64,000 bases of DNA from Phoronis australis. Taxonomy: Eukaryota; Animalia; Phoronida. Below are positions 50,681 to 64,000 of this stretch, one piece after another. Made by a program: the position numbers and the translations under genes. The stretch covers positions 834,376 to 898,375 of the forward strand of contig NMRA01000133.1 in assembly GCA_002633005.1 (NCBI GenBank). The letters run 5' to 3'. The first letter of the stretch is position 1. Each line of letters opens with the position of its first letter. The notes beneath the pieces are model-generated. The model did no database searches, was not told where the DNA came from, and saw only the letters and a program-made list of their open reading frames with translations.

Positions 50681-52022
50681 CTGCAAGTGAAATCAGTTGG
50701 TTTGTTATACTATCTGCACACAGACACCAATACTAGTAAGTAAATCTCTCAGGACCCTCACTCACCTGATGGGAAAGGAGCCTGTGCCTTATAAGAGGGG
50801 ATTTTTTAAGTTGAGGGAGCCCCCTTACCCCCTAACCCCATCACCACAAATTCCACCCCCTGGTCGATGCCCCACAATGGTAATACCTCAAGTAACGACA
50901 ACTAAATTTTGCAGAAGTGATTTTAACTTTGAGGAATTTTTGGGCCTGATGAGGGGAATTTCGTGTGACTTTTAAATGTTTCACAGGGCCGACATTCAAC
51001 CCCAAAATTGAGGCATCGAGTCCTGATCTACACAGCAGTAGATTACTCTGAGGCTCGATTTGTGTCAGCATTGCTATAAAGGTTTCAGCGGTATCTGTAG
51101 TCACGTGATCACTGAGGTTCTGAACAATACAGAAGGCCAAAAATAGAATAGCTTGTTTTGGTATGCACCTGTGGCATTCTGAAACCTGAGCCTCACACCT
51201 AGCACCAGGTGGCGCTGGGTGAAAAAAAGAAAAGAATCTCAATCCATTTCAGCTGTCATCAGGCTATTTTTTCTTTTTGATAGAACTCTAAATCACGATG
51301 TGGGAAATTGAAGCACTTTTAATAAGTCAGTCTGTAAATATTGCACATATATAGAGAATCCTACACGAGTCTAAAGTTTATGACATGGAAAAAACCTCTT
51401 GGAAATTTCGTCACAATCCCGAGGCTTGTGTAGGACTTGTTTTCTCACATGAACTGTAAAAATGATCATTTTTGCTGAAAAACTTGACATGTCTAAAACT
51501 TTCAACCACATGAAGCAACTTTTGTAAAAACATGCTTGCGCAACGTAAAGTAATTCAGTTACTTTTTGTTATTAGTTTATTGTAAGCTTAACAATTGTAA
51601 ATTGCAATCAGCTTTCGTAGCAAATATTCAAGTTAGAATTTATTAAAAAGTCATCGAAGTTGTAATATTAAAACTTAAAAAATGTTAAATTTTATACATA
51701 AGTCAGCAAAGCTTCCCCGTGTAAGCTCTGAACTGACCTTGAGACAGCACAGCTAGACAGTCTCGCTGCGTTTCTTGAGTTGGGGCTCATCTCTATTTGA
51801 ATGAACGTGGATATGGAATTCGCCGCCGAAGATGGGTCCGTTTAAGAAGTTACTTGCATGTCCTTCCGACTGGGAGTACGTACAGTTGTGACACTCAATT
51901 TGTCAATCAAAACATTGCTACCTTCTCGGAATTCCGATATTGTTTGGTTGGCGCGCGTTTGGTTGTTTTAGTGTTTTGCAGACGATAAAATATAAGACGT
52001 ATGGATTTCTACGTTGCACTAC

Positions 52023-52532
52023 CAGGGCTTGGAATGACCAATGACAAAAAACGCGGAAACTTTTACGGCCCAAAACATGTGCGCTACCCAACCTTGAAAT
52101 AATACATGTGAACCTTTCACCGACAAAAATCGGGAGGACTAAAAAAAAACCTTACCACCATCAGTACCGTACATCTGCGTCTTTTTAGCTCGTGCGTCTT
52201 TTTAGCTCGTCCGTCCACCCCCACACATTTTTGGCTGCAGAGCCGTGGTATTTATCACCGCGGTTTACAATCACACAAGACGCCATTGAAAATCCCACAA
52301 CGCTATCCAAGCCACCCCGGCAATGTTAACAATTTACTTTCCTCCGAAACATAAAGAGCAACTTCCGCTTTTCGAGGTGAATGTCGTCGACAACGCCGCG
52401 GTAAGAAAGGAATTTGCCGCGGAAATTTTATATCAAATCCGATTTTTTTTACGCGGAAATATAATAAAATGCGCGGACAGAACATTTGAAAAAAGCGGAA
52501 ATCCGCGTTTCTGCGGAAAATTCCAAGCCTTG
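52023..52532. mobile_element. CAGGG-ended MITE, long subfamily (hAT-like), 5-bp TSD
   Basis: TIR CAGGGCTTGGAAT...ATTCCAAGCCTTG. Flanks ACTAC / ACTAC. Collinear with 53328-53847. Confidence 0.9.
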
Positions 52533-52984
52533 ACTACTTTGTGATTTGCCCATGAGATATCAAAAAAATTATGTACTTGATGTTATTAACCAGTCGTGTC
52601 GTAACACATTCCAGGTCATGTGAGAAAATCAACAAGAACCATTAGAACAGTATAAAAGCAACTAAAGAATACAGTAAAAATTCTCAAATTTGGAAATCTA
52701 TAGAATTTGGGTCTCGGAAACTCCCACAAAAATTGAATTTTTTTGGTTCCATAATTTGGGACGAGGGCGCTTTGGCATTCAACAAATTTCTCAAATTTCG
52801 TGTTTTCAATCTACAAAGTGAATAATTTTGCCGTTTTTGGTGATTCTTGAATTCGGGACAACCAATGTTACCCATTTCTATAATTTCGGACAAGTTCCGA
52901 CCTTTAGCAAAACATAATTTTTCATGGTCCCAAATTGGAGAATTTTTACCGGAATAATTGTAAACAACGAAATAAAATATATTA

Positions 52985-53308
<324 letters not shown>

Positions 53309-53327
53309 TCATTTGGTTTGTACTGCA

Positions 53328-53847
53328 CAGGGCTTGGAATGACGAATGACAGAAAACGCGGAAACTTTTACGGCCCAAATCATGCCCGAGATAACCAGCC
53401 TTTGACATGGTCAATGTGAACCTTTCCGCGACAAAAATCGGGCGGACTAAAAAAATTTTTAAAAAAAATAAAAAAAACGTTACCACCATCAGGGTAGCAT
53501 GCGTCTGCGTCCTTTTCGCTCGCCCGTCCACTCCCAACCCACACAAATTTGGCTGCAGAGCGGTATTTTTTGTCGCCGCGCTTAACAATAACACGAGCCG
53601 CCATTGAAAATCAGACCACGCTTTACCCAGATGCCCCGGCAATGTTGACAATTTACGTTCCTCCGAAACATATAGACTTCCGCTTTCCGAGGTGAACGTC
53701 GTCTGCAACGCCGCGGTAAGAAAGGAATTTGCTGCGGAAATTTCATATCAAATCCGATTTTTTTTACGCGGAAATATTATAATAAAAGCGGAAAGCACAT
53801 TTCAAAAAAGCGGAAATCCGCGTTTCCGCGGAAAATTCCAAGCCCTG
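53328..53847. mobile_element. CAGGG-ended MITE, long subfamily (hAT-like), 6-bp TSD
   Basis: Perfect 13-bp TIR CAGGGCTTGGAAT / ATTCCAAGCCCTG. Flanks ACTGCA / ACTGCA. Many GCGGAAA subterminal motifs. Confidence 0.92.
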
Positions 53848-54001
53848 ACTGCAGTAAGCCTTTAAACAATATAAAAATGGCAATTTAGGCAACTGTTTTT
53901 TTTTTGAAGCTGAAGATACTTTAGCCAATTCCTACAGGCAACATTTCAGAACCGAACATTGCGACGTAACTTGACCAGGCACAGTCTGAGCCAGGTCCTC
54001 A

Positions 54002-54139
<138 letters not shown>

Positions 54140-54940
54140 TTAAAAAGGAAACAAGTTGGGTGCCAACTATCGGCTATAATTTCCTCTAAAAATATTAAAG
54201 TCACACAAAATTACCGTAAGTAGACCAGAAAATCTGTGTCCAACATCAAAAATTACCATGCTAGTTACAACCAAGTCACTGTAAAACTAAGCCAGAAAGG
54301 AATCAGTTACTGCAACGTTCACAGTATTATTATGCCACACTGTTTTCACCAAGGAGTTATATCCGCATTTGGGACAAAAATCAAATCAGTTTTTACTTAC
54401 AAATAATCATTCCACACTTCCACATTCACTGCAGATAAATCCTGTTACAACAAACTCTTCCAGTTGTCTTGGGCCATGTAGAACGGAACGTTATGAACAA
54501 GCCACAAAGTAGCAATTTCACTACACTTCATACCAACCACATGTAATCGCTGTGTGGTCGCAAAAGTGGGGAAGGGCGGAAGTAATTACCAGCTACAGTT
54601 ACATACAGGCGGGTTTTCTCTTACGAGTGGTATTCACATTACGTGTTCATTGTCACGCACAGAACGGCAACTTCCACCTTACCGTAGTTATCGGATATGT
54701 GTGCGTGGACACTTCACTCAAAAGTCCGGTAAGTTCTACTAGTGCAAGTTGTTCTAGGGTAAGCTGTGTGCGGATGAGATTTAACTCTTAAAGCATTAAA
54801 CCAACTTTGCCAGCCACTAAATATTGATTCCCAAAGTGAAAATTGACATTAAAAAGTTGATGTCATCCCTGTGAACTATGAAATCAAGTTCAGAACGACA
54901 ATGTTTGTTTCCATAGAAGGAAAAGGTAACCACAGTACAC

Positions 54941-55376
<436 letters not shown>

Positions 55377-56207
55377 TTAATAATGAATCATCACACAAGA
55401 AGAAAATTTAACGCTGGGGACAAGATATGAGTACGGCGATCAAATATCTTATGATACACTAAATGACACTACAATCAGCTACAAAATGACACTCGGTAGT
55501 TTTAGTTTTCTTAAAGTTACAAGTAATATAAATCCACATTCAGGTAAAGAAACTTCAGACAACTTACTGCTACAAAATGATTTCAAAATATTCTTTACTC
55601 CGCTGGGTGGAGGTTTCTAGGATTAAAAGGAATCAAAAGCCAGTAATTGCTTGAAACAGTGCACATCACATTAAATGACCCACCACAAGCCAACCCCATG
55701 AGCTTGATCTTAAGTAATAACAAGTTGAAGTTCATTTTAAACCCTGAAATCACCTTTTAGGAAACCAACTTCAAAACTGTAACTGAAGTGCAGTGTAACG
55801 GGGCATAGAGTTTCTATTAAAATCCATCTCTTTTAAATGGGTATAATTGCTTCATAAATTTTTTAGCATTATCCAGAGCTATAAAATAACAAAATCCATG
55901 GCAGTTTTGTGACTTTATTACAAATCACCCATTCTTGTCATTAATTGCCAGCTGAAATCACCAATTAAATATCAATAAAATATTATGCCATTGACCAATA
56001 GGGGATTTGTTCCACCAGAAGTGGTGATGTTTTGGATTTGATTAGGCAATAAGGATGATCTTAGAAAATCACTTTTCTCGCCGATAATATTACTTTAACA
56101 TATACTTTTGTTCTTTGAGGTCCTGTACACTCAGAAGTAGGCACCTTTACTAAACAAAAAATCTCAAGCTATCCAAATGGTTGATCCTCTCACAAATTCA
56201 TGGATCA

Positions 56208-56411
<204 letters not shown>

Positions 56412-57058
56412 TCAGGAGAATACACTAGACACCAGTACAGAATAGATTTACACACTAGACACCAGTACAGTACAGACTTACGATGAAAAGAGAAGGAAAG
56501 AAAATTAGAAGCATTGTATAATGTTAACAACAAATGAAAATGTTAAACATTTGCACAAGACCGCGAGTACTTCACAGTTAACGAGAAATTTTGTGACAGG
56601 ATAATGGAAGCATTCCTCGAATGGATTTTGTTACTTCGGGTGTACTGAATTATACAGAGTACTAGCGATGCTATGGCAACGCAAGAAAACGCACAAATAA
56701 ACACAAAAATGTCTTCACCATACAATGCAAGATAACAGCACATTAGGCAATAGCAGTAATTTTGAACATTCACCCGAGCCCGTGGTAGCAGTATATAATT
56801 ATGTGTTGCGAGTACCATACTATATTGAATAAAACTCCAATGTGTGCTGGTGTTGTGTGTAGTTTTGTCCTGTCGTGATGTAGGCAAAAATCAGGCAATA
56901 AGTCTAACTTAGTGTGGACAGAACGTTGCTTTTAACATACCGTTCAAACTAAATTTAGAAGTGTTACCATTCAAGGAAGGCTTTAAAGTCTAACTTGTTG
57001 TCTTGTTAATTTTCACTCACAAAAAATGGAAACCAACAAAGCTGGTAAGAAAATGTTA

Positions 57059-57289
<231 letters not shown>

Positions 57290-57658
57290 TCATTGACAGC
57301 CCCATCCTAAACACTTTTTATTTGAAAGAATTATGTAATTGTTACCCTCGATGGCACAAACTTGTAGCTGAGTTATTAAACTGAGCAAGTACTATTCAGA
57401 GTTAGGGGAGTGGAACCTTCCTTGTGAACACATTGCTTGTGGGCCAAAAAATGTATTTTATCGTGGACCATAAATCTGATACTATTTTTCTTTCAACCAT
57501 TTTGCAAGCTAAGACACAAGACACCAGAGCAGCCTTTAACATGAGATGATCATTTGCCACAAGCAAATATCCTGCCCTTCAATCTTTGATTTTATGATGA
57601 AGGCAACCCTTTCTCACCATGGAAATAAGGTTCAGATTATTTTCCTGTGGTATACAAG

Positions 57659-58141
57659 CAGGCCTTTATCCAGGATTTTGAAAATAGGGTTCCAAAATGG
57701 GGTTCCCAATATTCCAGGGCGTCCATGATTCTGACGGGTAACCCCCCACCCCCAGCAATACCCCCAAACACACAGATTTTTTTTACAAAAAATGCATAGA
57801 TCAAGGTTTTTACATTTAAGTTTATAAAAGAGCCTTCTATGGTGAGAATTTTCACTAAAAAAACTGTGTAGACCAAGACTTTTACAATGCTGTCAATCAA
57901 GTGTCAAAATAGCAACAATGCATATACTTTGTATATACATTGTATATTTCTTCCTGCTTTGAAAAGAGCCCCCACTGTGAGCCTTCAGAGGCTTCCTAGT
58001 ATTCATTACAATGTGTGTGTCCAAACTTGAAAGGTTCCTATTGAGAGTGGGCGTCCAAATGATATATTGGGCATGGTCCAGTCCAGATTAGTGCTAGGGC
58101 GGCCATTTGGATGCCCAGGACATACCCTGCATAAAGGCCTG
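57659..58141. mobile_element. hAT-type non-autonomous element with 8-bp TSD
   Basis: TIR CAGGCCTTTATCCAGG / CCTGCATAAAGGCCTG. Perfect flanks TATACAAG / TATACAAG. Confidence 0.92.
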
Positions 58142-59599
58142 TATACAAGTAATAGCCAAGTCACTCCACAGATGATGGGAAACAGTATTTCAATTCTTTG
58201 ATGGTGATTGTCTTTAGAGCAGGACGTCAGGCTTTCAAAAATGATCTGGGTGACAAAATACAACAACAAGAAATGGTTTTACTTAAACCACGATTAGATG
58301 ACAATTGGTTCGACGGGCACATTTTGGAATAGACGTCAATAGAGGATTAAAAAATACTAAAAAAATCATTGGCTACCATTTTGGAGTCGGATTAAAAACA
58401 ATAACAAACCACTGTATGAGGCACTACCAATATTCCTTAGGGTATGTCCAAAGGGCAACTGCTCTTTGCTTGAATGGTTCAGGATGCCTGAACATGATGC
58501 AGATGGTTCTGTTCCTGGCTAGACCAAAAGATCTACCAACACTAGTGGAATGTAACCATCCCTGATTTGGAGAACCAGTTTCATCCGCTGAATAGTAGGC
58601 CAGTCATTGACTGGACCTTCTCAAATAAGGGACAGCCACATTTGACTAGCATTAACCTAGACAAGTTTTTCAACATAGACGCCGACAGCATAATGCAAAC
58701 CAGCCATAATGGTAGTCTTCGGAACCAAGTTCATGGACTATGAACTGGACAAGATATTTTTAAGATTCAAATAAGCTGCAGTCTTGAAATCAAATTAGGG
58801 AGAACAGCATTTTTCAAAAATTTTAGAAAATGTGCATGTAATATACATCACAAGAAAGCTCTCTACAAGACTAAAAGAACGGTGCAAAAATTTTTAAAAT
58901 CGGACTTACAATTCCGGAGAAAATGGTGTTTTTGTGTCAAAATTTTTGGTAAAAATTCTGTCAAATCAAATTTGTGAGTTTGAAATATAATGGTTACAAA
59001 TCTACGTAACCTAGACAGACATGTTATACATCATTTCAAAGAAAATTTTATGATGAATAATTTGCAAAAAAGAACATTCCGATTGGACATTCCTGTGCGA
59101 AGATATTGACCTTAAAGTCAACAAAGTCGACGAAGAAAAGTCATTACGTTCAATTTTGTCGTTTCAAATTGGCATAAAATAACAATCACTCAAGAAAAAA
59201 AAATAAGCTAGTATCATTTCAAGATTTTTCATCAGGGAAGTTGAAATCTGATAATTGGTTTGGGCAAATTATTAATATTATTTTGTGACTTTTTTGTTGA
59301 CATGCAGTTTGCGACTTACTTAACTTTGTCAAAATGCATTACTTAAAAAAATTAAAGATAAACAACATCATTTCAAATATGTATTGATGAAAAGTATGAT
59401 AAACAAAAATTTTAATACAAGCTTCATACAGTAAATAGAAATTAAACATACTTTCCACAACAATGTAACAAAATGTAGACCTTGTCTTGAGCCATGCAGG
59501 AAAGTTCATGCTATGCCGGAAACGACAACTGCAATATTAATTCCAAAGTTGTCTTGATATGAACACATAAAGGTATGTATGATGGGCAGATAAATAAAG

Positions 59600-59880
59600 T
59601 TCTCAAGGCATCCTCAAGGAAGGAAGGTCAAACCTTTTCACTGATTATTGACAGTGAGTACCTTCAAGTAAACAGACAGTCAGTGGAGTTCCTTACACAG
59701 ACTTGTGGCCTCTTCAAGGGGCCAAACCCTTTCACTGACTATCGAAAGTCAGTGGAGTGCCTTACAGACTTATGGCATTCTCAAGGAAGGGGGGGGCCAA
59801 ACCCCTTCACTAAGTCAGTGGAGTACTTCACAGAGGTGTGGCATCCTCCAGGAAGGGGGCTGTTAAGTCAGTGGAATACC
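59600..59880. repeat. Degenerate ~55-65-bp tandem repeat
   Basis: AGTCAGTGGAGT..CTT..ACAGA..TGGC.TC.TCAAGG recurs 4-5 times and explains ORF 59575-60012. Confidence 0.7.
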
Positions 59881-60525
59881 AATACACAATATGGAGCACT
59901 TCAGCACTTCGAGGTCCTCTTGACCAAAATCGTCCATCACCCGAAAGGTGCGCACAGCCTCATCTTCATCGTAGTGGGTATTGAGCCAAACTCACTTGCT
60001 GACTGCAAGTAGAATCGGTAGAAGCAGGACAGAAGAAGGATCTGGACCAAGAGCTAGTCTGATGAGACAGAAATGCGAGCTGAGACATGATGATATGTAT
60101 TATAGTAAACTGACAAATAGGAATGAAATTATAAGAAAAAATGATGAAGAAAATAACAACTGGTTTGGTCCACAGCATTTTCCAACAAAGGTTACCTGAA
60201 AGATATAGGCCAGGCTGAGATATATAACAATCTAGACGAACCTCTGAATTGTTTTGTAAAAACTATATTCATGGTAAAAAAATATTGATAGCATGTATAG
60301 TTTTTCATGGTAGTAAACATAAAGTTTTGGTTGAAAACACAGCACTGGAGTAGAAATGCACAGTTGTAATATTTGTTTACTCTAAAATTAAAATGTTTTC
60401 ATTTTCTATCTTGACATATGCTGGCTAAACTGTCTTTGCCAGTATGGGTGGTCCTGTCTGGCCACAAGTCAGGTCTTAGTGGCCTGACCTACAAAAATGT
60501 GAGGCAAAAATAGGAAAAAAGAACC

Positions 60526-61471
60526 TTAAATAAGAGATTCATTGTTCTCACAACGAGAAATTACTTTTTGGGTCTCTTTTACATTAACTTTTCAACAGGA
60601 AAAGTTGAAATGCTTTAGTTTGGGAACCAAAAATTCGCCGCGATTCGAAGGAGCACTCCTAGCGGCAGTACCCGGAACTACGAAGTGAGTCAGAAATACG
60701 CCCGATTGTCAGAAATCGACGAAGGGCCCGTTTGCAACAAGTGTTTGAAATAGTTCATTGATGAACCCTTTAGTGCGCAATACGATTCATTATGTGCGCA
60801 AATTAGGAAATGTACCAATTAATTCAGGTCAAAGTTGAAGGTCGCGGGAACTGGCAACTTTTTCAACTTTTAAGACAACGAAAGTGAAAAATACTTACGT
60901 AATAACGTGCGCAAGGGTTTCTTCTACAAGTTCACGAAGTTTCACGCCAAAATTCGAGAGTTTAGTCTTCTCCTGAGTTGAAAATCAAATACCAGTTGTT
61001 TTTACCGGCGACCATTTTGCTTTGAAATGTCGGTCACGTTGCTGCAAAAAACTCGTGCAAAGTATTATTAAACGGATTTTGCGACGAAAAAAGACTAACA
61101 TTTAAGTAAAATAACGTATTATTTCATACTTTGAATTAATTTTTATTCACATTTATTGCATTTTTGAGTGATTTTTTGCCGATTGTAATGTGCAAATTTT
61201 ACACGGTGACAGATACGCGAAGCGATTTGGTGACGTATGTTGTCCTCGCTAATCAAATGATCAAAAGAGCAAAAACAAAACAAACGTCTTGGTTAGTTTT
61301 CATTGTATTTCTTTGGGGTAGAATGACTGAAACATGCCTGGGTGAAACAGTTAACGATGAGCAAAAAGTGGAGTTGGAATTTTTCGCCAAAGTTACCTTA
61401 ATTGTCGTAGCTATACTTCATTGAAAATATGTATAGAAGTAAGAAAGGAACAATGAAGAATCCCTTTTTAA
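60526..61471. mobile_element. ~940-bp CpG-rich non-autonomous DNA transposon in ZNF330 intron 1
   Basis: Imperfect inverted ends TTAAATAAGAGATTCATTGTTCT / GGAACAATGAAGAATCCCTTTTTAA, bounded by TTAA. Confidence 0.5.
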
Positions 61472-61688
61472 AGTCATTAAGTGTAGAATGTATTTTAGAC
61501 GAGGTGAAAACTCTCAATCGGTGACCGGATTTGGCCTACCGCCCATTTAAATTAGAAGGGACAAAATTCGTACAGAAAGCGATGGGAAGTATTGAAGACC
61601 CTAACCGGACAACCGAGGGTTGCCTACCCTACCGACTGCCTGACTGCGACTGGTTTTCGTATACCGGCGTATCGGACGCTTTATTTAC

Positions 61689-61808
61689 CATTGTATAGTT
61701 ACAAGGACGTTCCGTTAAAGGTCTAGTCGTGACAGCGTTTCGAATCTCCCTTTGTCTTTCTTTCTGTTTTTCGGCCTTTTTCCGTTGTCCAGTTTTCTTT
61801 TTCGGCAT
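61689..61808 (-). CDS. ZNF330: ZNF330/NOA36 coding exon 1 (gene model 61808-48913, 8 exons, 951 nt, 316 aa)
   Basis: MPKKKTGQRKKAEKQKERQREIRNAVTTRPLTERPCNYTM|GTAAAT. The MPKKKTG.RKKAE N-terminus and the following CxxC series are characteristic of NOA36. All eight exons join in frame. Confidence 0.96.
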
Positions 61809-61869
61809 TTTCCTCTTCTGAACTTGCGTAGGTGGCAAAATGAGAGCACAGGCGAAAAGGCCACGCTTG

Positions 61870-61920
61870 GTTTCCCCACTACACCACCGGAAGTATTGGA
61901 GTCTGTGCGCGCGCAGGGAG
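61870..61920 (-). promoter_or_regulatory. Probable ZNF330 proximal promoter motifs
   Basis: ETS-type CCGGAAGT (61887-61894) and NRF1-like TGCGCGCGCA (61906-61915) lie 80-110 bp upstream of the ATG in a CpG-rich patch. Both are common in housekeeping promoters. Confidence 0.5.
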
Positions 61921-61963
61921 GTCAACCATGTTGATATTAGACCTGCGTGCTGACGCACACAGC

Positions 61964-62429
61964 TGTAACACAGTTTCTCAATTGTTTTGATGCATAGCGC
62001 TTGTTGTGGGGTATTTGATGAAGTTGTAGACTGCTGTGGAGTCTAACCGGTTCGTTGCTTGTTAGATGGAGATAAAAACTGACTACATCGATTGAAGGCT
62101 ATAAGAACACACACAGTTTATTGGCTCTAACTACAATATATATAGCAACTCAAAATATGTGTGGGTTTTGGGTGTATTTGAGTCAGTTCCTGTGACGTCA
62201 ACACAAATAGTAAACTTTTATGAATGGAATTCCACAACCTCGTCCTGGCATGCCATATATGGAAAATGACTTGTTTACCAGACAACCAGATGCACTGAAA
62301 CAATAACATTGATATGCTGAGGTCACTACTCACAGGAACTATTATGTAACAACTCTTCCTTTTGCCAGAGTTCAATGAAAAAACAGGATATGACTCACTT
62401 TCACTTGATCATCATGAGAATTCATGACA
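61964..62429 (-). mobile_element. 3' LTR (~466 bp) of the BEL/Pao retrotransposon
   Basis: On the minus strand a PPT-like GGCCGGCGGAG directly precedes TGTCA at 62429, and the LTR ends ...TGTTACA at 61964. TATA-like (~62140) followed by AATAAA (~62120). The distal end is inferred because the 5' LTR is outside the window. Confidence 0.7.
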
Positions 62430-62569
62430 CTCCGCCGGCCAAAAACGTTAAAATATTCGAATTTTAAAATCAACTGAATCGCACCAAAAACCACACATCA
62501 TATTAAAATAAAAGGCATGTAACTAATCATCATAATCAGGTTACGCTTGAATTACACTACTTGATATCT

Positions 62570-63027
62570 TTACACTAATACTAATTGTTCATCTTGGTGA
62601 GCAAGCTGTTTCCGAATTTTTTCCATTGCCAAATGCGCGGCTTGACGTGTTGGTCTATGAGGAACAGTCTCGTGGTTTGATTCTTGTTCAGTGGCAGTCT
62701 GTTCACTTGTATCCGATCCACTCTTATAGTTTACCTCTAATGGATATAATTTGGCAATGGGGCGATTTGTGTATCCACCCTGGGTTTTGATAGTTGCAGA
62801 TCGCACAAATCCATCTGCGCCCATGTTTACTTCGGTAACAATACCCATAGGCCAATTGACACGTTTGTCGATGTCCATGTGGATTAACACAATGTCTCCT
62901 TTGTTTATAGTATTACACTGAGTGCGTCCATGCGTTGTGGTCTGAGAATGTCTCTCACGTAAAATTGGTAAATACTCTCCTTTCCAACGCTTCCAAAAGT
63001 CCGTAAAGAGTCTATCCAAATATCTAA
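62570..63027 (-). CDS. BEL/Pao pol C-terminus (post-integrase, DUF5641-like)
   Basis: ORF 62570-63019 carries the FWKRW..EYL, G.DG.VRS and RPI.KLYPLE motifs. Confidence 0.85.
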
Positions 63028-63028
63028 N

Positions 63029-63890
63029 TCTTGCTTGCGTAATCTGTGCACAAACTTCATCACATAGGCAGTCACATGTAGTAGTCTGTCCAGGGTAGAA
63101 AATCCATTAACATCAATGATTGCTTTAAGGTCAAGAGTGTATACCTCTGCTTGTGTCTGTTGTGTCTGCTGCTGTTGTTGTTGCGTAACAGCAGTAACAT
63201 CTGTAGATGTGTCTGTTAACTGGAGTGTTGGTGGGACATCTGGAAGTAATCCATCTGTTAATGTGCTCAGATCACACAGGTCAGTATTGCACGACATCAC
63301 AATACTGTCTGGAGAGGGATTGATAGGCCAGTCACCTTTGGGTAACCATACTGGACCCGACCACCATAGTTGCGATGACTTCAGGTTTTCAGTGGAAATG
63401 CCTCTTGTCAGCAAATCTGCAGGATTATCTGCTGAAGGACAATATGTGACGTCGTCGAACCTTGCAGACTGTATTTCGCGTACTCTGTTTGCGACAAATA
63501 CGGGCAGTTTTTTGTCACAAAGAATCCAGTGTAGAGTGATTTGGCTATCTGTCCAAAGTACTCTCTTGTTCACTTGGAGATGGCTAGAACTTAGTGATTT
63601 CAGGACGAAGTTTGACAGTCGAGTTCCAATCAGTGTAGCCATTAGTTCCAATCTAGGTAGTGTGATGTCTTTTGTCGGCTTTACTCTTATTTTTGCCATC
63701 ACCAGGGTAATCTCATTTCCATGTTTTAAGTAGACCGCAGCACCATAAGCAAGCAAACTTGCATCGCAAAACACATGGAGCTCAATAGGATTTTTGGTAG
63801 GTTCATTGAAATACTGGCGCGGCACCGTGATGGATCGGGCTGCAGTGAGATCTTGAAATATGTCATTCCATTGCTCTGTCGGTAGGTGTC
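63029..63890 (-). CDS. BEL/Pao pol fragment (RNase H-like / 'Pao peptidase' region)
   Basis: Motifs within ORF 62905-63906; interrupted at the N at 63028. Confidence 0.85.
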
Positions 63891-64000
63891 GCATAATAAG
63901 CATCAAGGTGAGAATTGTGTCTCTAAAATTGATTCTTTTGACTGTACAAGTGAAGTATTTTCATCAAATTTGTGGTTTGGTTGAGAGAGATAAACACAGT

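Larger units (their letters stand above)
61964..64000 (-). mobile_element. BEL/Pao LTR retrotransposon, 3' portion (runs off the window end)
   Basis: Pao-type RNase H-like region ELHVFCDASLLAYGAAVY...TLPRLELMA...WTDSQITLHWI...FVANRVREI...DNPADLLTRG, and the post-integrase domain FWKRWKGEYL...GDIVLI...WPMGIV...RPIAKLYPLE, followed by PPT and LTR. Confidence 0.95.

Noticed and set aside
58772-59540. Possible TTAA-type DNA transposon (AAGCTGCAGT...ACTGCAATATTAA)
   Set aside because: Terminal match is too short and degenerate to define boundaries.
61809-61958. 50-aa N-terminal extension of ZNF330 in ORF 61629-61958
   Set aside because: It starts at a GTG and overlaps the promoter motifs; the conserved protein starts at MPKKKTG (61808).
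63116-63733. 205-aa plus-strand ORF with a poly-Cys run
   Set aside because: Antisense shadow of the BEL pol ORF; the Cys run mirrors the CAA/CAG Gln codons.

Overview
AT-rich, intron-containing eukaryotic DNA, probably from an invertebrate animal (inference from gene content and transposon types). There are no prokaryotic features. Three spliced protein-coding genes were rebuilt by hand from GT-AG boundaries and phase consistency. (1) The last three exons of a divergent group-B bHLH-leucine-zipper gene of the Myc/Mga type (+, 2422-6108; 5' part lies outside the window). (2) A 4-exon (possibly 5-exon) gene for a ~528-aa low-complexity protein I do not recognise (+, 30319-44407). (3) A complete 8-exon ZNF330/NOA36 gene (-, 61808-48913; 316 aa), convergent with gene 2. 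A BEL/Pao LTR retrotransposon sits 155 bp upstream of the ZNF330 start codon in the same orientation. The rest is tandem repeats and many non-autonomous DNA transposons, several with readable TIRs and TSDs. I cannot establish a new biological system from the sequence alone. The best leads are: a tandem array built from the ZNF330 stop-codon region; a Penelope-like insertion carrying a hammerhead-like core; a CAGGG-ended MITE family with 6/5-bp TSDs, two copies of which bracket a symmetric ZNF330 exon; an IS3EU-like foldback nested in another element; the LTR at the ZNF330 promoter; the orphan gene; and the atypical bHLH-Zip with an E-box-rich satellite in its probable intron. Comparisons with known proteins and transposon superfamilies are from memory, not from searches.
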